A DNA stretch of 42,106 nt from Candidatus Pacearchaeota archaeon (lineage in GTDB: Archaea > Nanobdellota > Nanobdellia > Pacearchaeales > GW2011-AR1), in assembly GCA_002687255.1 (NCBI GenBank), contig NYZR01000013.1, positions 1 through 42,106 on the forward strand, read 5' to 3'. Shown here in pieces: positions 14,866 to 21,545 of this stretch. The notes under the pieces are model-generated. The model had not been told where the DNA came from, ran no database searches, and was given only the letters and a program-made list of their open reading frames with translations. A program made the translations under genes and the position numbers. The stretch's first letter is position 1, and every line of letters begins with the position of its first letter.

Positions 14866-15612
14866 TTATTCCTTCTTTTCTTCTGTTTTTGCATCAGCGT
14901 TTTCAGCTGGCGCCTCTCCTTCTGCAGGTGCTTCGCCTTCTGCCGGCGCTTCTCCATCGGCAGGAGCTTCAGCGCCATCTTCGCCTTCTGCTCCTTCGGC
15001 TGCCTTAGCGGCCTCCTTCGCCGCTGCTGCCTCCGCTTCTGCTGCTTCTTCCTCAGCCCTCTGTTTGTCTTGTGCCTTGGTGATCTTCTTGAATGCTGTG
15101 TCGAGTTTGGCTTTCTTTGTCGGATCCAGGTCTGTTTTTTCTGCGTTGATTTCTGTGTCAAAGTCTCCTTTGTCGATTGCTTTTTCTATGTCTGCTGCTG
15201 GTTTGCTTTCGATCAGAACGCCGAGGGAAACACAAGTGCCTACGACGGTTTTGACGGCTGCCTTGAGTGTTTTGTCTAAGAGATTAGGGAGTTTTGTTTT
15301 TGCGACGGCGATGACTTGCTCGATGGCGAGGTTGCCCACTTTATACTTGTGTGCTTCTGCTGATCCTTTTTCGAGTTTGAGTTCTTTCTTTACTAATTCA
15401 GATACTGGGGGAGAAGATACTGAGATTTCTACGGCTTTTGTGTCAGGATCTACGTCCAGGACGACGGGGACTTTCATTCCGGAGAATCCTTTTGTGGCTT
15501 CGTTGACGTCGGTGATTAATTGGCCGAGGTTGATACCTAAGGGGCCCAGCTGTTGTGCTACTGCCGGGCCGGGTTGCATCTTGCCGCCCTCAACAAGTAG
15601 TTTTACTTCCAT
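14866..15612 (-). CDS. rpl11: ribosomal protein L11 with a ~90-aa acidic/Ala-rich C-terminal extension
   Basis: MEVKLLVEGGKMQPGPAVAQQLGPLGINLGQLITDVNEATKGFSGMKVPVVLDV is canonical uL11. The protein is 248 aa, against roughly 160 for typical archaeal L11. Confidence 0.9.
   Translation of the reverse strand: MEVKLLVEGGKMQPGPAVAQQLGPLGINLGQLITDVNEATKGFSGMKVPVVLDVDPDTKAVEISVSSPPVSELVKKELKLEKGSAEAHKYKVGNLAIEQVIAVAKTKLPNLLDKTLKAAVKTVVGTCVSLGVLIESKPAADIEKAIDKGDFDTEINAEKTDLDPTKKAKLDTAFKKITKAQDKQRAEEEAAEAEAAAAKEAAKAAEGAEGEDGAEAPADGEAPAEGEAPAEGEAPAENADAKTEEKKE
14907..14978 (-). repeat. 18-nt coding tandem repeat (about 4 units, GEAPAE) in the L11 tail
   Basis: Units are gctggcgcctctccttct, gcaggtgcttcgccttct, gccggcgcttctccatcg and gcaggagcttcagcgcca. 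Together they encode APADGEAPAEGEAPAEGEAPAE. Confidence 0.7.
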
Positions 15613-16174
15613 TAGAATCCGTCCTCCAGTGGTAGAATGTTTCCTGTTCCGCCTTGGCCTGCGCTGAGGGCTGGGCCGTCTGTATCCTCTTCTTCCTTCT
15701 TCTCTTCGTCCTGCCCTTCTTCTCCTTCTTCTCCTTCTTCACGTCGGATCACTTTGATGTGCTCCATCTTTACGGTCACTGGGATGGGGACGGAGGCTCC
15801 GAGGAGGGAGACCACGACTTCGCCCTTTTGTTTGTCTACTCGTGTGACTTTTGCTTTTTCACCTTTGAGGTGTGACCAATCATTTCGACTATGTCATTTG
15901 CTTCGATGTTGACTTCCTCAGCCTTCGGCTCGAGCATGGATTGGACTTCTTCGTAAGGGACGTCTTGTCCTAATATGCCTTTGACGTAAGGGAGATTGTA
16001 AGCTGCTTCTTCTGCTGCGTCACGATCTTCTGCTTCTAGAATGAGATAGCCTTTTAGGCCGTGTGGTCTTACTACTGTTTGGACGGCTAATTGTTTCTTT
16101 CGAGCCCTGTCTGCGATCATCTCGAGTGCTCGGTCTTCTTTGTTTGTTGTTACTTTGATGATGTAGATTGCCAC
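15612..16174 (-). CDS. spt5: transcription elongation factor Spt5 (NusG): NGN + KOW, interrupted by a 1-nt frameshift, with an acidic C-terminal tail
   Basis: The NGN domain lies in ORF 15836..16174. The KOW sequence (KGEKAKVTRVDKQKGEVVVSLLGASVPIPVTVK) continues in the -1 frame down to 15612. The stop overlaps the rpl11 ATG as TAATG. Confidence 0.8.
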
Positions 16175-16265
16175 GGTGTTTCCACTACTTCGAGACTTTG
16201 AAAAAAGGAGAAGTAGATAAAGTTTGTGGTCTGGGAAGGTTTATAAATGTTCTGTTAGGCAAAGA

Positions 16266-16601
16266 ATGATGAAATGGAAACAGACCCATGTGCACTTAGA
16301 TTCTGGGTGGACAGGTCGCTTCGCTGCTTATAGTAAAAGGAGGGTGTCTCTTGCTGAACCTGAGAGAACTCCTTCTTATTGGGATCTCCCTAGAGAAGAG
16401 GTGATTAGCCCAGAAGAGGCTTTATTACATCATTGTGAATCGATGGAAGAGGAGATATTCTCTAGAGGAGGTTTTCAGATTGTTACAGAGAATGGTTTGA
16501 GGCAAATGAGTAGATTAAATTCTGAAATATCTATGGAGAATGTTGAAGCTCTTTATTTATCTGAACTCCGCCCTCATCAAGCTTCTCCAGATACTCTTTG
16601 A
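16266..16601 (+). CDS. hypothetical protein (111 aa)
   Basis: ATG lies about 25 nt downstream of GGTTTATAAATG. Its last ~20 codons lie antisense to the relic copy of the regulator's 3' end. Confidence 0.4.
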   Translation: MMKWKQTHVHLDSGWTGRFAAYSKRRVSLAEPERTPSYWDLPREEVISPEEALLHHCESMEEEIFSRGGFQIVTENGLRQMSRLNSEISMENVEALYLSELRPHQASPDTL

Positions 16602-16620
16602 TTCTGCTGACGGTTTGCGG
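16573..16620 (-). repeat. displaced copy (R1) of the 3' coding end of the wHTH regulator gene
   Basis: 40/48 identical to 17582..17629. On the minus strand it encodes PQTVSRIKEYLEKLDE, against PQTVSRIKEYLGKLDE in the intact gene. 7 of the 8 differences are synonymous. Confidence 0.7.
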
Positions 16621-16656
16621 GAAAGTGTTAAATAGTGTGGACGGCACTCTCCCTTC

Positions 16657-17091
16657 ATGGGCGGTGTTCAAGAGAAAGAAGATTCTGCGATCTTCTCCTT
16701 GAGACCCAGGGTAAGTGATATCGAAAATGGTGTCGCCTTCTTGGACTTTTTTAAGAATAGATATGACAACCCTATCGAGACTTTTAATTTTTGTAACTGT
16801 GTCGTTCTGGAAGCCCCGTATGTCCCACCAATTGAGTCTCCTGGAGATTATAGGATAAGATATTATGCAAACTTTGGTGGTGAAGACGAAGAGGGTTCAT
16901 CTTCGCTGGGGCTTATCCTTCCAGGAAGTTGCTTGATGCTAACTCTTGGGGACAGAGAGGGGTTTACCTTCCAGGATTCTTCCTTTAGTGGACGCCCTCC
17001 AGAGATATATTCTTTTCAGAGAGAGCACTTCAATCTTTTTGAGGTTTGTATTGAGGCAAGAAATGAGATCAATAGGATTTTAGAGAGTTAG
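16657..17091 (+). CDS. hypothetical protein (cassette gene 1)
   Basis: 144-aa ORF with its ATG 25 nt downstream of TTAAATAG. No family recognised. Confidence 0.5.
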   Translation: MGGVQEKEDSAIFSLRPRVSDIENGVAFLDFFKNRYDNPIETFNFCNCVVLEAPYVPPIESPGDYRIRYYANFGGEDEEGSSSLGLILPGSCLMLTLGDREGFTFQDSSFSGRPPEIYSFQREHFNLFEVCIEARNEINRILES

Positions 17092-17146
17092 TCTCCGAGA
17101 TTGGTGATGTATTCTTTGATTTTTCTAAAGGGAGTGCGATGACTAT

Positions 17147-17539
17147 TTACTGATTCTTAAGATCTTGTATCTCCTTGATCATTCCATCCAATCCGTGCTT
17201 CGCTACTTTCATTTCATCTATGTATCTTGCATCGTTTTCTTCTGCTATTCCTCTTGCGCTTTCTCTTGTAGAGAGCACCCAAATGTTTTTTGCTTCTGGA
17301 TCGCTTTGCCTGGTTTGCTTTATTGCTTCACCCACTAAGAGACTTGGGTTCTCTCCTGGTTTTTGGGGAAACTCTCCGTCTAGAAGATAGACTGTTGCTC
17401 TTGTGTCTTTTAGAAGTTCTTCAAATTCTTGCAAAGATCCAACTCCCCTATAGATTAGGGCTCTTCTACTCATTGCCTGCTCCACTGTGCCTCTAAGATC
17501 TTCAAGATCTTCGATGTGAATTACATCATAATGTTGCAT
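17147..17539 (-). CDS. stand-alone receiver (REC)-like domain protein (cassette gene 2)
   Basis: VIHIEDLEDL (acidic pocket), VYLLDGEFP (Asp57-equivalent) and IWVLSTRES (Thr/Ser position) fit a CheY-like fold. TTAAATAG lies about 25 nt upstream. Confidence 0.55.
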   Translation of the reverse strand: MQHYDVIHIEDLEDLRGTVEQAMSRRALIYRGVGSLQEFEELLKDTRATVYLLDGEFPQKPGENPSLLVGEAIKQTRQSDPEAKNIWVLSTRESARGIAEENDARYIDEMKVAKHGLDGMIKEIQDLKNQ

Positions 17540-17563
17540 CTTTCAGAGATTCTTGCAGCCTAT

Positions 17564-18025
17564 TTAAGAATTTGTGTGTTCTTCGTCGAGCTTCCCAAGA
17601 TACTCCTTGATTCTGCTGACAGTTTGAGGCAGCAAGAAGTTTTCTATTTTGGTTTCGAACAATTCGGAGAGGGGAGCGAATTCTGCTATTCGGTATTGGT
17701 TGTTGTGTTTGTCTACTAACATGGAGTCTCGGAGTCTTTTCAGCTGTCTTCTGATGTTGGATTCGGCTAGTCCTTTTTCGTCCAATGATTGTTCTTTTCG
17801 TTGGGTTTGGACTTGGTCACGGATTTGGAAGGAGGTGAGCCAGGTTTTGTTTTTTCTTGCTGCTTCTAAGACGTGGAGGATGTCGACCATGATGTCTCGT
17901 GAGTCTCCTGGTTGGAGGAGGCCTAATGATAAGCAGATTTTTCTCATAAGGTCTCTTGGCTGAGTGTCGTAGGGTTTTTCGTAGCGGCGGAGGGTGAGTT
18001 CGCCGAGGGGGGTTTCTTTTACCAT
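17564..18025 (-). CDS. archaeal wHTH transcription regulator (COG1318-like)
   Basis: LTLRRYEKPYD...ICLSLGLLQPGDSRDIMVDILHVL...SNIRRQLKRLRDSMLV is typical of a conserved archaeal HTH family. Confidence 0.65.
   Translation of the reverse strand: MVKETPLGELTLRRYEKPYDTQPRDLMRKICLSLGLLQPGDSRDIMVDILHVLEAARKNKTWLTSFQIRDQVQTQRKEQSLDEKGLAESNIRRQLKRLRDSMLVDKHNNQYRIAEFAPLSELFETKIENFLLPQTVSRIKEYLGKLDEEHTNS
17582..17629 (-). repeat. intact-gene copy (R2) of the duplicated regulator 3' end
   Basis: Partner of 16573..16620, and part of CDS 17564..18025. Confidence 0.7.
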
Positions 18026-18046
18026 TCTTCATTCAGTATATGAATT

Positions 18047-18055
18047 CTTATAAAG
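18047..18055. promoter_or_regulatory. single shared TATA element for divergent leaderless genes 17564..18025 and 18076..18435
   Basis: The CTTATAAAG core TTATAA is centred about 25.5 nt from both start codons (18025 and 18076). Confidence 0.4.
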
Positions 18056-18075
18056 CTAGTGGCTCTTTTCGGAGG

Positions 18076-18435
18076 ATGGAACTTGTTGCTTTTGTCGGGC
18101 CGGATCAGGAGAGTTGGGGGCAGATTACGGCGTTGATGAATCGGTTGCCGGAGTGTGAGAAAGTTGTTTTGGTTGTTGCCAAGGGTGTTTCTGGTTTTCC
18201 GGTTGATGGGAAGACGAACGTAGTTGAGGTTGATGCTTCGTTGCCTCTGGTGCAGTTGAAAGAGGCGATGTGGTCTGGATTGAAGAAGGAATTGGACGGA
18301 GCTTTTGAAGTTGCTGTGACCTTGGCTTCTGGAACGGGGAAAGATCATATGGCTTTGGTAGGGGCTTTGTTATCTGTTCCTGTGGGGATTCGGATTGCAG
18401 TGTTTACGAAGGAAGGGGTAAGGTTTGTTACCTAA
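18076..18435 (+). CDS. hypothetical small Rossmann-like protein
   Basis: 119 aa counted from MELVAFVG. Alternating beta/alpha pattern with an ASGTGKDHMAL motif. No family assigned. Confidence 0.5.
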   Translation: MELVAFVGPDQESWGQITALMNRLPECEKVVLVVAKGVSGFPVDGKTNVVEVDASLPLVQLKEAMWSGLKKELDGAFEVAVTLASGTGKDHMALVGALLSVPVGIRIAVFTKEGVRFVT

Positions 18436-19857
18436 TTATAAAAAGAGAAAGATCCACTTGACCATGAGGGCTGCTACTAACAAGAGGATGATCCAGGTTG
18501 ACCAGGCGAAGGCTTTTCGGCCGATTTTGTCGGAGCCTGTTAGGGCTGCGATGGTGAGGTAGAAGAAACGGCCGCCGTCAAAGATGCCTACAGGCAACAT
18601 GTTCACTAGGGCTACGGAGATGCAGATTAGGACAGTCCACCAGAGGAAGTTGTAGATGAACCAGCCGAAGTTTCCGAGTTCTGAAGTGTAGTAGACTTGT
18701 GGGTTTTTGATGAGGGTTCCGAGGTTGTAGACTTTGCCCATGAGGGAATCTCGGTTTTGAGGGATGGAGCCGATGCCGAGGAAAGCTACCCCTTGTCGGT
18801 CTGCTAATGTGAGAGATGTCGTGGTGATTTCGGCTTCGGTGGTTTGTGCGTCCTTAATGTAGGCTGTTCTGACAAGCACTGTTTGTCCGGGTTGGACGTG
18901 GTCACGGAGGGTGTGTTGGAGTTCTTCTAGAGAGGTGATCTCGTGATCGTCGATGTGTGTTATCGCCCCTGCGAGTTTGGCGTTAAAGGCAGGGGTGTCT
19001 GAGAAAGCTTCTATCTGTTCGATGCCTTGTTCCTGAGCTGCTTGGAAGAGTTGTGGAGAGGTGTAGTAGATTTCTTGTTCGAAGGTTATCGGTATGAGTT
19101 CTATCTCTTGATTGTGGAATTGTTGCGAGGTGAAGTTGAAGGCGGGGCCTGCTACCTGAGATTGTGCTGGCTGGATTGCAGAGACGGCGTAGGTGCTGAA
19201 GAGCACGCCGGCTGGTGTGAAGAATGCTGAGAAGAAGAGAAACATGATGATGGCGAAGAGTATTGTAGTCAAGACGTTGGCGAACGTGCCGGCTGCGAGG
19301 ATCGCCATTTGTGGCATCTTGGGAAGTTTATTCATGGCTTTTTCATCAGGCTCGACGAAGGCGGCGAGGAAGGGGCCGAGAAAGCCGAAGCCTGTGGAGT
19401 GGACTCTTAATGAGTTGAGTCGGGCGAAAATTCCGTGGGCGAATTCGTGAGGGATGGCTATGATTGCTATAATTAGGATCCAATACGTAAATGGAAAACT
19501 GGGGAGGAAGGAGATGTTGAACAGCTCTGGGAGGTAGGGGATGAGAGGGAGGAGGACGGGGACTTTGATCGCTGCGGCTGCTATCGGGGAAGTGAGGTAG
19601 ACCCAAGAGAATTGCAGGAGGAAGTAGATCATGGCCGCCATGAGGATGAATCCTGAGAGAATTACGAGGTATTGCGCTGGTTTGAGCCAGCTTGCGTGTT
19701 TTTTTGCGAACTCATCTATTCTTTTTACGCCCCATTGCGTTCGGTAGAGGTAGAGGAGGCCTTGTCTCTGCAAACGGGAGCGTTTGGCGTAGAGGAAGCC
19801 GACTACTAAGAGTGTGAATGCTGCTAAAAAGATTAGGTCGTAGATTAGGAAGCTCAT
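18436..19857 (-). CDS. site-2 protease (M50 family) with an inserted PDZ-like region
   Basis: HEFAHG (HExxH) lies in a TM segment, and the second motif is NMLPVGIFDGGRF. The protein is polytopic. Confidence 0.85.
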   Translation of the reverse strand: MSFLIYDLIFLAAFTLLVVGFLYAKRSRLQRQGLLYLYRTQWGVKRIDEFAKKHASWLKPAQYLVILSGFILMAAMIYFLLQFSWVYLTSPIAAAAIKVPVLLPLIPYLPELFNISFLPSFPFTYWILIIAIIAIPHEFAHGIFARLNSLRVHSTGFGFLGPFLAAFVEPDEKAMNKLPKMPQMAILAAGTFANVLTTILFAIIMFLFFSAFFTPAGVLFSTYAVSAIQPAQSQVAGPAFNFTSQQFHNQEIELIPITFEQEIYYTSPQLFQAAQEQGIEQIEAFSDTPAFNAKLAGAITHIDDHEITSLEELQHTLRDHVQPGQTVLVRTAYIKDAQTTEAEITTTSLTLADRQGVAFLGIGSIPQNRDSLMGKVYNLGTLIKNPQVYYTSELGNFGWFIYNFLWWTVLICISVALVNMLPVGIFDGGRFFYLTIAALTGSDKIGRKAFAWSTWIILLLVAALMVKWIFLFL

Positions 19858-19940
19858 TCGTTGAGTAGTAAAGGGGGGTTTTTAAGAGTTGTTGGAGGGC
19901 TAAGACATGGTTGTAAGAAAAAAGAAGTTCATAAACCTGT

Positions 19941-20681
19941 CTAATTTTTTTGCGGAGCTTCGCTTCTTTCGGAAGCTCGCAAACCTCCAAAGACAAAGCC
20001 GAAGTCGTAGCCGTCGCTCCTGCCGTAGCCATCGACACGCAACTGGCGGAAGCCCGTGTCGGCACTCAGCCTGACAACCCGGAGGAGCGTCTCTTGTGGA
20101 ATGTCGAAGCCCCCTACATGCACACCGTTGGTGTATTGTTCATCGCTTGCGAGTTCCTTTAAATTTAATGCGGTGCCTTTGGTATGTTCGAGAATATTTG
20201 CGAGTCCTTCGCTAGCGAATTTCCCTGCCTCTTGGATCCCTCTTGTGAAGGAGTCATATTCTGCGAAGCCGAAGTCTTGTTCTCCGAGGTAGATGTGTCC
20301 GTTGCTAAAAGGGATTTTTTCTGCTTGTTCGAGCTTTTTCTTGAATTCTGCTTCGCTTCGGACGTTGACAGCCACACCCTGTGGAGTCCTGGCGATTCGT
20401 GCAAGTTGGAGAGTCCCTGGGTTGAGGATTTTTTCTTGTGCTGACTTGATATCGTATGCCATCGCTTGTATTTGCTCTGAGGAAGTAAGAGGTTCAAAGG
20501 TTACGTCTGGTTGTTTTGCAGAGTGCCAGTAATGCTTCTGCATGTTTGCTTCGTTGGGATCGAGTGTTTCTGGTCCGAAGAGTGTGATGTCTCTTTTTTG
20601 TCCGTTGATTTCTATTTCTGGGAGGAGGTGAATATCTGGGAGCGCTGGTCTTTCTTCTGCTGTTCTCATTGCATATGCCAT
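19941..20681 (-). CDS. hypothetical protein (246 aa)
   Basis: ORF with TATTTAAAC about 25 nt upstream of its ATG. No family recognised. Confidence 0.55.
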   Translation of the reverse strand: MAYAMRTAEERPALPDIHLLPEIEINGQKRDITLFGPETLDPNEANMQKHYWHSAKQPDVTFEPLTSSEQIQAMAYDIKSAQEKILNPGTLQLARIARTPQGVAVNVRSEAEFKKKLEQAEKIPFSNGHIYLGEQDFGFAEYDSFTRGIQEAGKFASEGLANILEHTKGTALNLKELASDEQYTNGVHVGGFDIPQETLLRVVRLSADTGFRQLRVDGYGRSDGYDFGFVFGGLRASERSEAPQKN

Positions 20682-20789
20682 TGTTTCCTTTGCTCTCTGA
20701 GGTATTTAAACTTTTCTATTTGTTGTCCTTTCTAAGTTGTGACATTTTCTGATCGGAAGACTTAAATACTTTCTGTCTTACTTTCTTAC

Positions 20790-21047
20790 ATGGATGTGGA
20801 GTTTACTCGATTGTCCTCGAAAGGACAAGTGGTTATTCCTCGGAAGATTCGGGAGTCGTTGCACTGGGAAGTGGGCACGCCGTTTCGGGTGATGAAGGAA
20901 GGTGATGCAGTGATGATTGAGAAAATTGAGTTGGGAAGGAAGTCGTGGGATGAGGTGGCTGCGCCGTTTAGGAAAGCTGCTGAGGAAGCCGAGTTTACCC
21001 AAGAGGATTTATCACAGCTCATTCGTGATGTGCGTCGAAAGAAATGA
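20790..21047 (+). CDS. vapB: AbrB/SpoVT-type antitoxin
   Basis: MDVEFTRLSSKGQVVIPRKIRESLHWEVGTPFRV is a SpoVT/AbrB swapped hairpin. Its stop overlaps the PIN gene start as ATGA. Confidence 0.8.
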   Translation: MDVEFTRLSSKGQVVIPRKIRESLHWEVGTPFRVMKEGDAVMIEKIELGRKSWDEVAAPFRKAAEEAEFTQEDLSQLIRDVRRKK

Positions 21048-21460
21048 GAGTTGTGTTTGACACGAATGTCTGGCTTTCGGCGTTGTTTTGGAAGGGTGAG
21101 GCTGCTTCCTTGGTGAGATTGGCTGAACGGGGAAGAGTCGGAGTGTTCGTGAGTGAAGATTTACTTGCTGGGTTGGTTGAGGTGTTGCAGAAGGAGGCGA
21201 AGTTTCAGCAATTCTTAGGTGAGAGAAAGTTGGAGATTGAAGGGGTTGTTCGGGCGGTGCTTGATCTTGCCGATCTTGTGGATGTTCGAAGGAGGGTTTG
21301 TGTTGTTGAGGATGATCCCGATGATGACCGTGTGCTTGAGGTTGCTGTTGCTTCGGGGGCGAAGTATGTTGTTTCGTATGATCGACACTTGCTTTCTCTT
21401 GAGAAGTTTGATGGGATTGAGATGGTTCATCCAAAGGCATTTTTGGAGAGGTTATCTTAG
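21044..21460 (+). CDS. vapC: PIN-domain toxin
   Basis: MRVVFDTNVWLSAL...DDPDDDRVLEVAVASGAKYVVSYDRHLL shows the PIN acidic residues (TIGR00305-like). Confidence 0.8.
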   Translation: MRVVFDTNVWLSALFWKGEAASLVRLAERGRVGVFVSEDLLAGLVEVLQKEAKFQQFLGERKLEIEGVVRAVLDLADLVDVRRRVCVVEDDPDDDRVLEVAVASGAKYVVSYDRHLLSLEKFDGIEMVHPKAFLERLS

Positions 21461-21477
21461 AGAGATTTCATGAGAGA

Positions 21478-21538
21478 GTTATTCATTACACTATTTCTTC
21501 TTCAGAGGTCTGAAAGATTTGCCTTGGCAGCCCTTGCA
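21478..21538 (-). repeat. displaced copy (A) of the rpl40e 3' end (last 15 codons + stop + 14 nt)
   Basis: 55/61 identical to 22491..22551. It encodes CKGCQGKSFRPLKKK-stop, and all 5 coding differences are synonymous. Confidence 0.8.
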
Positions 21539-21545
21539 AAAACAA

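Noticed and set aside
14907-14978. Short tandem repeat that might be taken for a CRISPR-like or minisatellite array.
   Set aside because: The units are contiguous with no spacers, are 18 nt long and in frame, and encode the GEAPAE repeats of the L11 tail. No CRISPR-like repeat-spacer structure exists anywhere in the window.
14865-15161. N-terminal ~100-aa K/R/Q-rich extension of the NUDIX ORF overlapping rpl11.
   Set aside because: It is read from the antisense-shifted frame of the rpl11 acidic tail. The Nudix fold starts at MKKRRVALV (14864), 1 nt after the rpl11 stop.
15853-15862. G AAA AAG heptamer in spt5 as a programmed -1 ribosomal frameshift site (dnaX-like).
   Set aside because: Slipping there would produce ...SKVKK/AKVTRV and skip the conserved F-K-G of the KOW motif. 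A single missing T about 10 nt upstream restores a perfect GHTFKGEKAKV. The first position (G) also does not fit the X XXY YYZ rule.
16531-16896. The minus-strand frame stays open for ~119 codons through the relic and into the region of 16657..17091, suggesting a full-length decayed regulator or REC paralog.
   Set aside because: There is no start codon. Convincing similarity to the regulator is confined to about the last 30-40 codons. The plus-strand ORF has a proper TATA at -25 and a more protein-like sequence. This is kept only as an alternative to test under the cassette finding.
20345-20365. 12-nt match (CTTCGGACGTTG) to the 3' end of repeat E1, inside CDS 19941..20681. Also an 11-nt match (CTTGCAAAAAC) between 21535-21545 and 22441-22451.
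   Set aside because: Exact matches of 11-12 nt are expected many times by chance in a 42-kb window on two strands. There is no extended similarity around them.
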